A stretch of DNA of 64,000 nucleotides, from NCBI GenBank assembly GCA_000004985.1, contig GG738889.1. One strand, written 5' to 3'. The notes beneath the pieces were generated by a model. It worked only from the letters and a program-made list of their open reading frames with translations, searched no databases and had not been told where the DNA came from. This document shows positions 55,208 to 64,000 of this stretch, piece by piece; positions within the stretch are counted from its first letter, which is position 1, and the number at the start of each line of letters is the position of its first letter. The DNA comes from Naegleria gruberi. Taxonomy: Eukaryota. The translations under genes were made by a program, and so were the position numbers.

Positions 55208-55378
55208 TTTTTTTAAAATTTCCAAGTTCACTTTTCGATTTTTTTGATTTTAAGGAAAATATTGATTTAAGGAAGATATTGTTGTTAAGGAGAAACAGTC
55301 AACAACTGAAGAATTATGTCAGATGCCATACTGATAGCATTGTAAACTTTTATGTGTTAATTTAAAATTTTGAAAAAA

Positions 55379-56692
55379 ATGAAAACAATTCAACTTGCGA
55401 GAAGCAAACCATTTTTCGCTTCTAAAACTTGGCAATTAAAAACATCAAATGCTACTAGTATTATTCATCATCACCATCGTCATCATGAAGGAATAAATTC
55501 TTCATGGCGGGAATTTTCATCATCAATTTTATTAAAACAAGAAAAACAAGAGAAATTATCATCAGAAAGTGAAGTTGCTGCGGAAGATGATTCATCATTG
55601 GAATTTATTTCATCATCACAAATGATGAATAATTCCCAACAACAAGTGGTGAATTCTTTTGGTTTTATTACAAGTATGAATATTTTGGAGTTTTCTGATG
55701 ATTCCGAATTGGAGGAATGTAATAGAATTATTTCAACAACAATTTTGAGTGAAAATGGTGCTACTGTCACTGAGGAAAATTTAGTTTTCGGATGTAATGC
55801 ATTGTTGAAGAGAATTTATATTGAAATTTACTTTTTGAGAGATTATGAAAAGGCCAAACAAGATATTGTCTTGGTGAGGAATATAGTCGGAGATAAAATT
55901 ACAGAGGATTTGGATCGATTCCTATCACAATTGAATTCCCATGTCAATATCGAAATTTTGAATGAAAAGATTGCATTGGCCAATACAGAAGGAAATATCA
56001 AATTATTACTTCCACTGGTGGAGAAGAGATGTTTGGAATTGGCTAATGTTGGAAAATATAAACAAAGTTTGGAAGATTTAGATTTTAATATTCAATCCAT
56101 TGAAAAAAGATTGCAGAGTGAAAATGAGGAAGTTACCAAATTGCAAACTCAATTGTTGAACTTGTACAAGCAGAGAATGACTCTATTTGTGAATATTAAA
56201 TTGGAAATGGAAAGATTATTAGTTGTTGGGCAAGAATTATCAACTCTGTCTCATGATTCAAGTCAGGAGTCTGTTCATCTCTATTTCACAACCACCTCTC
56301 TCAATGATTCACGACACAAACTCAATGGTGGCAATATGGATCTCATCAGAGAATTTGAAAATATATTTTTAAAGGAAGAGGAAAAAGCTCGATTGTGGGA
56401 CATTTCACAGGCAAGAACATTCCAGAGAAATCTGTTACCTCTCTCAACAATTGTAGTTGAGAAATGTGTGCGTGAAATTAGGGCCAACCTGAGCAGAGCT
56501 GAACAATTACTCGACAAGACCAACCCATCCTATCACTTTACAGAAATCAAGGAAGCCATCGAGAATGACATTAAGAAACAAAAGACAGAACAAATCAACA
56601 AGTACATTATCTATTTCGGACTTGGTTTGAGTTTAATCTTTCTCATCCTGTCCAGTCCAAGAGTTGGAATTATCAAGATCAAACCACAATAA
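55379..56692 (+). CDS. Hypothetical coiled-coil protein with C-terminal (tail-anchor-like) TM segment
   Basis: ATG at 55379; the track start 55370 is TTG. His-rich N-terminus. Long coiled coil. C-terminal hydrophobic YIIYFGLGLSLIFLILSSP. Confidence 0.4.
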   Translation: MKTIQLARSKPFFASKTWQLKTSNATSIIHHHHRHHEGINSSWREFSSSILLKQEKQEKLSSESEVAAEDDSSLEFISSSQMMNNSQQQVVNSFGFITSMNILEFSDDSELEECNRIISTTILSENGATVTEENLVFGCNALLKRIYIEIYFLRDYEKAKQDIVLVRNIVGDKITEDLDRFLSQLNSHVNIEILNEKIALANTEGNIKLLLPLVEKRCLELANVGKYKQSLEDLDFNIQSIEKRLQSENEEVTKLQTQLLNLYKQRMTLFVNIKLEMERLLVVGQELSTLSHDSSQESVHLYFTTTSLNDSRHKLNGGNMDLIREFENIFLKEEEKARLWDISQARTFQRNLLPLSTIVVEKCVREIRANLSRAEQLLDKTNPSYHFTEIKEAIENDIKKQKTEQINKYIIYFGLGLSLIFLILSSPRVGIIKIKPQ

Positions 56693-56811
56693 ATCTTAAA
56701 GATTTCTATTGATGTCCTCCATTGGTTTCAGCTGATAATTCCAACTCATTTAATAATTGCCAATTTGGATTCTCATTTCGAACAGATTCCGTTTCAGATG
56801 AACTTTAAAAA

Positions 56812-58455
56812 ATGTCTCGAAAGAAGCAAGCACACAAACGATCATCTCAAAACAAAGAGCAAAAATCAACACACAAACAGCCAAAGAATGAAATTGATCA
56901 GAAGAGAGATTCGACACATAACAATGTGAAGGCACCATATGAGAGAAAAGAAAACAAATTCAATTGTTTACAAGTCCCCGAAGTGGTGATGAATATATTT
57001 TCATTTGCCATTCAACCTGCTGTGTTGTTTAGATATAATTTGGTGTGTCGGGTATGGAATCTAGTGGTAGACAGTGAAAACTTCTATAACAATTATATAA
57101 AGGAGCTGAAACCAGTGGAGGAAATGGATTTGATCGATAGAGTGTTCATGTGGACTGAATATTGCTCAATTTACGAGCCTATTCTGTATGAGCATTATTT
57201 GGATTTTAAGAGAAGAATGATAATAGCGTCTGAGAGTGATAAAAGAGATGTGCATTTAAAGTTAATCTCAAAAGATGAAGTTTTCTCATTCAAACTGAGT
57301 GCTAATAATGATTACACCGTTATTGAAATTGAATCTCTGCAACAACCTTCTTTTAAATTTGTGTCACACAAGTATTCTTATTATAGTCGAGTTGCAGACG
57401 AAATTTTAGAAGATTACTTGACTACCAACGAGAGATACTTGAGCAATTTCAAAGAAGCTCACTTTCCAAATGTTCCCAATAGTGGTTTTTATTCAATTCT
57501 TGAAAGTTTAGTGATGGGTAGATATTGTGAATTATGTTGGTTCTTGAGAGAATTGCAATCCTATACTTCCAGATCCCAAGCTATACAGAGCTATTATAAC
57601 TTCACCAATCCAGATAATAGCATATTGGAAAGAACTTTGGTTTATCAAGACTGGGAACTCACTAGTAAGCTAGTGAATAGAGGCCATTTCATTTCAAAGA
57701 GACAATTGGAAAATATGGTTTGTAGACTTCCGAACTCGAAGCCATTCGTTGCAAGATTTGTTATGACCTATTTGAAATTTAACAAATTGAATATTGAGGA
57801 CTATTTCAAAGCTCCATTAGAAACTCTATTCGATACTGGTACCTTTCATCCTGGAGAATTATGTAAAATTTTCATTGAAGAAGGAGGTGTCAAATGCCCA
57901 GAAGTTCTCATAGATATTGTGGGAGAAATAGGAAGTATGCAAGTCAATTATGAAGCGCTCGACTATCTGAAAAGTGTCTATCCATCACTGATATGTCCAC
58001 TCGATACCAGATCCATTAGAAAACAAAAGAAACCAAATTTACGTTTCATTTTCCAAGATGAACCTCAATATAAGAAAGAATATGATGTTCTATACCTATC
58101 AAAAAATATAGACAATATGTATCAATGTACTTTCCTTCCAAATAGATTTACATCTCTAAATTCTCAAGGACAACATTCCATATTGAAAGAAATGTGCAAT
58201 GGAATATTTGATGCGATTTTGTTTAGACCTGTAACATTTGATAAGGATTTTATAGAGACAATATTGAAAGAAATCAAAGAGGTGGCTCAATCTAAACCAG
58301 TTGCCTTGGTTTGTTTTTATTCGAAGTTGTGTGAACATCGTCAAATGTTGAGAGAATTATTCAAACTATTGAAAGATGTGTATTTAATCATTGAACAAGA
58401 ACCCTATCCAAGCTTTGCCCTTTACAATAACATCTTTCAACAAGACAATTATTGA
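56812..58455 (+). CDS. Lineage-specific F-box-like protein
   Basis: ATG at 56812. Basic N-terminus. F-box-like LQVPEVVMNIFSFAIQPAVLFRYNLVCRVWNLVVD. Single 547-aa ORF. Confidence 0.45.
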   Translation: MSRKKQAHKRSSQNKEQKSTHKQPKNEIDQKRDSTHNNVKAPYERKENKFNCLQVPEVVMNIFSFAIQPAVLFRYNLVCRVWNLVVDSENFYNNYIKELKPVEEMDLIDRVFMWTEYCSIYEPILYEHYLDFKRRMIIASESDKRDVHLKLISKDEVFSFKLSANNDYTVIEIESLQQPSFKFVSHKYSYYSRVADEILEDYLTTNERYLSNFKEAHFPNVPNSGFYSILESLVMGRYCELCWFLRELQSYTSRSQAIQSYYNFTNPDNSILERTLVYQDWELTSKLVNRGHFISKRQLENMVCRLPNSKPFVARFVMTYLKFNKLNIEDYFKAPLETLFDTGTFHPGELCKIFIEEGGVKCPEVLIDIVGEIGSMQVNYEALDYLKSVYPSLICPLDTRSIRKQKKPNLRFIFQDEPQYKKEYDVLYLSKNIDNMYQCTFLPNRFTSLNSQGQHSILKEMCNGIFDAILFRPVTFDKDFIETILKEIKEVAQSKPVALVCFYSKLCEHRQMLRELFKLLKDVYLIIEQEPYPSFALYNNIFQQDNY

Positions 58456-58635
58456 GTGTTCCATTCTTTGTAGCCAATTTGTTCTGAGAAATTAGTACTA
58501 TATTAAGATCTTCCATAAACTTTAATAAATTCAATTCTGAATTGAAATCTATTAAAATTACTTGTTGTAACTCGGTAAATTTCCAATTAGAACCTCCAAA
58601 ACACAATTTCAAAAATTATATATTAATCAAAAAAA

Positions 58636-60213
58636 ATGGCAAACTACAAACGACTGACCCGTGATGTTGAATACTTCATCAGAAAGGAATATCTGGAAAG
58701 ATTGAAGAAGATCGGAGGTGATTTTTCATTGCCCACACGATCACTAAATAATTCCAATAATTCCTTCATGCTAATTGTGAATCCAATGATCATTTCTCAA
58801 CATGTATTTTCTTACTTTGAAGCTTATTCATCTGATTGGACTCGATTCTTGTTGGTTTGTAAAGAATGGTTTGAATGTATTGTCATGCAGGACGATGGAT
58901 TGTTGTGGAGAGAATTGTACAGAAGCATGCTCAACGGAATGACTAAATATTATAAAGTCCTTTCGCCATTCAATTCATTGAATTATCAATTGGAAAGCTT
59001 TGATTCGATTCGCCAACAAGATGTGAATTCATATCGTGTGAATGAGGAAAATTGTAATGATGAGAAATTTAAGGAAATTCCAGACAAGACATGGAAGGAA
59101 AATTATGACGACATTCTGATTCATAGTTTGGGATTGAAGAAACTCGAGACTGAATTCGATTCCAAGACTACGAGATATATTGCCAGATGCTTCCTAGATG
59201 CTGAAGTCAAGTTTAGAAATAGAGGAGAATTAGCAAGTGTCAGAGAACTCTTCCTACACAAATTCCTATTTGATGCCATCTTTCCAATGATTTTAAAGAA
59301 TCGAGTTGAAAGTCAAAAATATGAAAATCCACTATTAAGAAGTGATTTGAAAATTTTGGAAAAGAAATTGTACTTTGTTGAGACATCATGGTGTATTGAT
59401 ACCCTTTTAAATATTATGGAAGTTAAAAAGGGACTCATGTTGAGAATTTCATACTTGTCGAGTGAGGATGGACTGGTTCACCACCAATTCTATGGAACCA
59501 CAGAGAATGATAGAAATTTGAAATTCTTAATTGATGTAGAGGAGAGCTCGATCATTCTAGATGCCATTCCTGTTGACATTCACCAAAATTTGAGACACAG
59601 CACAGAGTTCGAAACTATTCAATTAGCCACTGGAATGGATTCCATCATTCATGAAGAATTCACTCATTATCTTACAACTTTACAAGAATTACTTGAGAAA
59701 AAGTTTGGTAACATTCACTTGGCTGAATTATTCTGTAAATATTGGTACTGTATCAATCGAATTGAAGACCCAGTTTCGGTCTCTTTCTCTGATGAAAATC
59801 CATTCTGGTTCTTGGATATTCTCTCCAAAAAGGCAAAAACCTCAATCGAGAAGAAATTCTTAGATTCACTCTCAGTTTCATGTGTTTCAATTCTTACAAT
59901 GTGCAGACAAACTCAAAAAGATTGGATATCACTTTCATCCTTTCATCTTGGAATTGAAGATAAGAAGAAGAAGAAGAAGAAACAGGAAACCCAACCTGAA
60001 AGTAAGGATCTTACCCAGGTAAATTCGAAACTCGAAACCTTTAATCTCTCGGTGGACGATTGTTGGAATTGGCGAGGAATTTTGATAAGGCAGAAGGATA
60101 GTAGAGTTGTATTAGAAGGATTAATTACCAGTAGAGAGGGAATCCTTCTCTTTGGCTTGGATGTTTATAATGCTGAACAGGGTTGCTTCTTTACATTTAA
60201 AAAATTAAATTAA
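58636..60213 (+). CDS. Lineage-specific F-box-like protein (second of an adjacent pair)
   Basis: ATG at 58636. F-box-like NPMIISQHVFSYFEAYSSDWTRFLLVCKEWFECIV. A (AAG)n K-run near the C-terminus. Single 525-aa ORF. Confidence 0.45.
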   Translation: MANYKRLTRDVEYFIRKEYLERLKKIGGDFSLPTRSLNNSNNSFMLIVNPMIISQHVFSYFEAYSSDWTRFLLVCKEWFECIVMQDDGLLWRELYRSMLNGMTKYYKVLSPFNSLNYQLESFDSIRQQDVNSYRVNEENCNDEKFKEIPDKTWKENYDDILIHSLGLKKLETEFDSKTTRYIARCFLDAEVKFRNRGELASVRELFLHKFLFDAIFPMILKNRVESQKYENPLLRSDLKILEKKLYFVETSWCIDTLLNIMEVKKGLMLRISYLSSEDGLVHHQFYGTTENDRNLKFLIDVEESSIILDAIPVDIHQNLRHSTEFETIQLATGMDSIIHEEFTHYLTTLQELLEKKFGNIHLAELFCKYWYCINRIEDPVSVSFSDENPFWFLDILSKKAKTSIEKKFLDSLSVSCVSILTMCRQTQKDWISLSSFHLGIEDKKKKKKKQETQPESKDLTQVNSKLETFNLSVDDCWNWRGILIRQKDSRVVLEGLITSREGILLFGLDVYNAEQGCFFTFKKLN

Positions 60214-60878
60214 AAGAAGTTTAGTCTACTTTCTTCAACTTGATTTTTGAACATTTTGTTGCGAAAATTAATTTTTATCAAATTTTGTTGTCAGGTGAGT
60301 ATTAAATTGATTTGGTTTTCTATTAACCAATTTCGAATAGTGGCCGTCAGAAGTATTCTCTTTCCGATACTCGAGTAGATTTTGTTATCCAACACAACAC
60401 CAAGACGAATCTATTGTAATGTGTGAAAAATCGCACAGTTTGTGTTCAAGTCAACTTTGCACGTTGCCACTTTCAAAATATTCCCTCACCCAAACCGCAA
60501 GCAAGGTTAACACAAAAAAAAACTGTCACTTGCCAGTTGGTCTTTCCCTTGTACATTTTCGCATCCATTATCCAAAAAGGCAAGACACCTTCACACACAT
60601 TATTCTCTCAATAGTGTTGTCGTGCACGCAACAAACACACTCTTGGCTACCACTAAAATACCCAACAGAACAACAACGAGAGTAGAGTAGTATCAAAAGC
60701 GCGCCATAACAACCCATCACTGGACATTAACAATCTATCTTTCACAACACACAGTTTTCAACATCGATATTGTGTTTTTATTTCACTCTCAGATTGATAC
60801 CAACAACAATATTTATATTGAATCTTTTTTATACATCTATTTGCTTTGGAATTTACAAATTGAGAATTTTACCACTTT

Positions 60879-63110
60879 ATGTTGAATATTCACAATTTAC
60901 CAATCACAGCAACAATAACTCTACCTAAACCAACAACACTCAACAATAACTCTAATAACTTTTCAACAACAACTACTCTAAACATGTTACAAGCAGATTT
61001 GAGTATTCTATCCGGTAACAACACTTCCACCACTCAACAAGGAAGAGCTGGAGGTCTTATTCTTGGTAATGGCAATAACAACCTCTCCTCTTCTCCTTCA
61101 CCTTCTGGTGCTGCTACTTCTTCTTTATTGTCTTCCTCTCCACACTTGATGGGAAGTATTCATCATTTGGTATCTGATAATTCTAATATGAACATGAATA
61201 ATAGTAACAATAACAATTTGATGCCTGCTAATAATTTGGTGGGCGTTGGTGCTTCCTATTCATATTTATTGAATAATATGAATAGTAACAACAACAATAA
61301 TAATACTAATAATAATAATATGATTAATAATAATATGAATAATATGAATAATAATAATAATACTATTAATTCATCTACTAATGGTGGAATTAATAGTGGT
61401 AATAATAATAACTCTTATATGGAGTATCAACAATTGTTGTTTGAGAGACAGAGTTTGAGTCCTTTCCAACCAATCATTCCACTCACTATCAAATTATTAG
61501 ATGAACGTATTCAATATTATCAAAATTCATCCATTCTTTCTCAACAACAACAATCGAATACTGTTTCGAATAATCCATCTCCTAACCTAAATGCTCAACC
61601 TCCAAAGAAGAAACTTAACTCTCTCGTTGTTCACCAACCACCCATTCTCTACAATCAACAAACAACATCTCTTACAAGTCCAACTCTATTGAACAGTGGT
61701 ATCAATTCTAATAGCACTCCAACTCCAACTCTTGGTACTGCCTCCTTGTTGAGTGAATTGGTTGCTGCTTCAAATAATAACAGCAGCAGTACTGGTAGTA
61801 CTAATTCTACTGCTAGCACTACTCCAAATGCACAACAACAATTGACTACTTCTTCAAACAATGGTGGAAGTAGTGGAAATGTGAGTGCATCTTCATTGAT
61901 TGATGATGAATCTCCATTCAATTTATCAGCTTCTGCCAATGCTTCCTTTTCTCTATTCAAGAGTCCTAGTAATGCTGGTGGAAACTCAACTATTGGAGCC
62001 AATTTGCAAATTCTCAAGGGAAATTCCCAACAACAATTGAACATTAATAATAATGGAACCATGCCTCCTCCTCAGTCTCCTGCCATGAATATTCCAACCA
62101 ACAATAATAGTATTGCAGTCAATAATTCACAACAATCATCTAATAGTATTGTTGTCAATAACTCTGCCAATAATACTTCTACTACTCCTTCCGGAAATAA
62201 GGCAAGCATTGTTGTTGTGGCAAGTAATAATAATAGCAATAGCACATCAACAGCTCCTGGAGCTAAAAAGTTGCAAGATGGAACTACAAGTAAGATTATT
62301 TCTGCTCTCGATGTTGGTTCTTCAATCATGACTCCAAATAGCACAACTACACCATCCCCAACTGGTTCTACTCAATCATCAACTGCCTCTGATTCAATTG
62401 GTGGTAGTGATGAGTTTACCTTCCTTAGATATGAGAATGTGGACATTAAGCAAAAGATTGTCAATTCCTATACTGTTCTCTTGTTCATTCCTCAAGCAGA
62501 ATTCCCAGAGTACAACTTTATTGGACGTATTTTAGGTCCAAAGGGAAGTTATTTAGATCAAATTAGAAAGAATTCCAATTGTTTTATTAGAATTAGAGGT
62601 AGAGGATTGAACTTGAACAATGGAAGTCCAATTCCACAAATGCCACTCGTACAAAGCAATCCAACCAATGACAGTGATGTCTATGCATCATATCCACTCC
62701 ATGTCTTTATTGAAGGTAAGGGACAAGCAACCAACAAGAGAAAGAACTTGCAAAAGGGAATTCAACTCATGCTTCCTCTTCTTGTTCCAACTGAATATGA
62801 AAAGGACATTTTGAAGAGATGGCAATTACAACAATGGAGAAATGAAAAGAATTCAAATGGAGATAAGATGGTCTCACCTCCTCTCCCTCTTCCAAACTCA
62901 TTTAATTCAAGCAATGCTGACTTGATTTACTCGTCCTCTCCAACTAATATTGGAGGACAACCAGGTGGATACAAAGATTCAGGAAGTTACAGCTCTCTCT
63001 CTTACGATGATGATGAGGGCGATTTTGATAATGAGCTTTCTGAAGATAAATTGAGTCCAAACAGCACCAACTATTTGAACAGATATCACCCATATCGTTC
63101 TCATATTTAA
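60879..63110 (+). CDS. STAR/GSG-family KH-domain RNA-binding protein with long N/Q/S-rich N-terminal region
   Basis: ATG at 60879. GSG/KH core …VLLFIPQAEFPEYNFIGRILGPKGSYLDQIRKNSNCFIRIRGRG…YPLHVFIEGKGQ… parallels quaking/Sam68 …[36 protein letters not shown]…HLNMDLHVFIEVFG…. Tyr-rich C-terminus. Confidence 0.7.
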   Translation: MLNIHNLPITATITLPKPTTLNNNSNNFSTTTTLNMLQADLSILSGNNTSTTQQGRAGGLILGNGNNNLSSSPSPSGAATSSLLSSSPHLMGSIHHLVSDNSNMNMNNSNNNNLMPANNLVGVGASYSYLLNNMNSNNNNNNTNNNNMINNNMNNMNNNNNTINSSTNGGINSGNNNNSYMEYQQLLFERQSLSPFQPIIPLTIKLLDERIQYYQNSSILSQQQQSNTVSNNPSPNLNAQPPKKKLNSLVVHQPPILYNQQTTSLTSPTLLNSGINSNSTPTPTLGTASLLSELVAASNNNSSSTGSTNSTASTTPNAQQQLTTSSNNGGSSGNVSASSLIDDESPFNLSASANASFSLFKSPSNAGGNSTIGANLQILKGNSQQQLNINNNGTMPPPQSPAMNIPTNNNSIAVNNSQQSSNSIVVNNSANNTSTTPSGNKASIVVVASNNNSNSTSTAPGAKKLQDGTTSKIISALDVGSSIMTPNSTTTPSPTGSTQSSTASDSIGGSDEFTFLRYENVDIKQKIVNSYTVLLFIPQAEFPEYNFIGRILGPKGSYLDQIRKNSNCFIRIRGRGLNLNNGSPIPQMPLVQSNPTNDSDVYASYPLHVFIEGKGQATNKRKNLQKGIQLMLPLLVPTEYEKDILKRWQLQQWRNEKNSNGDKMVSPPLPLPNSFNSSNADLIYSSSPTNIGGQPGGYKDSGSYSSLSYDDDEGDFDNELSEDKLSPNSTNYLNRYHPYRSHI
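61279..61370. repeat. (AAT)n-rich microsatellite-like tract encoding poly-Asn inside the KH gene
   Basis: aataataataatactaataataataataatatgattaataataatatgaataatatgaataataataataat translates to NNNNNNTNNNNMINNNMNNMNNNNN. Confidence 0.7.
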
Positions 63111-63830
63111 TTATTAACCATTCACACAATTTTGACTGATACTCACTTTTTCTAAGGTCATTTTCTTTTTAATTGTACTAATTTTTTTCACTCACCACAC
63201 ATTACTTTTTCAAACTCTAAGCACGCTTATAAACACTTGTTATTTGCAAAGAATACATATTCAAATCTTGTGGATTTAGTTTTGTACAAAAATAGTTATC
63301 TTTTCAATAAGTATTCGAAGGAAAATATTAGTATAGAGCATTGTTTGTTTTAAAGCGAAATATTTAGATTTACTAATGCTGATTCACTAGGTTTCGTGAT
63401 GAACATGTTCATTGGTAATGAAACAAGTTTCCAAATCGACATTCAACAATTCAATAGATGTATCTAATTGTAGAGTTTCTTCATATCCAACCACTAAAGC
63501 TAGAAACTGTGCCAAGCATGACTAAAATCATTACAATAACCCTCGCCTTACTTAACATGGATAAAAACAATTTCAGTACGTTATAATGGTGCAAAGATAT
63601 ATATTAAGCCACTCCCACTATCAAGACAAATAAGTTGTCCTTTCCTCAATTCCCTCTCAATCACAAATATCACAAGTGCATCTCAATCGCAAAGTGCCCA
63701 GTTGGACTTCCTGAAATGGCTCATAATTTTATCTACAACAGACCAATTAGATTCGATGGCAATTTCAAGTTCCTTATTTGTGACTAACCCCACTACGCCT
63801 CGTAGTATATTTTCACACCTTAAAAAAAAC

Positions 63831-64000
63831 AATGCAAGTTGCACCTGCAAGAGACCTCAAGCCTTGGAGAACATGTCTAAAACGGCTTGATAATTCTCAA
63901 CTCGAAGCGCTCTATGCTTACTTTTCTGCTTACAAACAACACTCAACAAATACAGCTTCTACCTCTTCTACTCCACCACAACAGGATAATAGTATTGAAG
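63831..64000 (+). CDS. 5' end of an unidentified gene running off the window (MQVAPARDLKPWRTCLKRLDNSQLEALYAYFSAYKQHSTNTASTSSTPPQQDNSIE…)
   Basis: ATG at 63831 preceded by an A-run. Open to the window end. Not in the ORF track because there is no stop. No homology recognised. Confidence 0.35.

Noticed and set aside
61655-62344. Minus-strand ORFs inside the KH gene
   Set aside because: They are antisense to N/S/T-rich low-complexity coding sequence.
1-64000. Prokaryotic-style systems (CRISPR array, restriction-modification, toxin-antitoxin, defence island, operons)
   Set aside because: The window is unambiguously eukaryotic: spliceosomal introns, a eukaryotic tRNA-Phe, and mitochondrial presequences. 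No direct-repeat/spacer array or bacterial gene organisation is present.

Overview
This is eukaryotic nuclear DNA from an AT-rich, very gene-dense genome, with about 35 protein-coding genes and one tRNA in 64 kb.

- **Genome character.** Introns are spliceosomal GT..AG and unusually short, mostly 39-65 nt with a few of 78-384 nt. Neighbouring genes sit 7-80 bp apart. Coding regions carry Dictyostelium-like poly-Q/poly-N tracts encoded by CAA/AAT. N-runs (637-686, 1774-1823, 5445-5582, 38026-38075) show it is a draft scaffold.
- **Likely organism.** A BBS2 (BBSome) gene and a divergent delta/epsilon-like tubulin imply a flagellum- and centriole-bearing protist, so not Dictyostelium. Naegleria or another flagellated amoeba fits the compactness, but I cannot confirm this from sequence alone.
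- **No prokaryotic system.** I found no CRISPR array, defence island or operon.
- **Recognisable genes.** PDH E1-alpha, CK2-beta, CAND1, HMG-CoA lyase, BBS2, VAMP7-like R-SNARE, dual-specificity phosphatase, subtilisin-like protease, ABC1/ADCK kinase, flavin amine oxidase, Maf-like NTP pyrophosphatase, GFA/CENP-V, COMMD, STAR-family KH protein, nodulin-like and UNC93-like MFS transporters, five F-box proteins, two BTB proteins, an EGF/TM adhesion-type protein, a metallothionein-like micro-ORF and tRNA-Phe(GAA).
- **Caveat on the ORF track.** Several ORFs begin at TTG/GTG; I re-derived real ATG starts and splice junctions by hand where I could.
- **Most notable observations.**
  - A gap-bounded 1.09-kb, ~95%-identical copy of the 3' part of the EGF/TM gene sits inside an unrelated secreted Q/G/Y/P-repeat gene. 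This is either a segmental duplication or a mis-scaffolded contig.
  - Four conserved genes carry single-base frame breaks (Q-rich gene, metallothionein-like, F-box/kelch, tubulin-like). These look like indel errors or young pseudogenes.
  - Cullin-RING-ligase components are locally enriched: 5 F-box, 2 BTB, CAND1 and COMMD.
  - Two ORF-free segments with coding-like composition may be decayed genes or lncRNAs.
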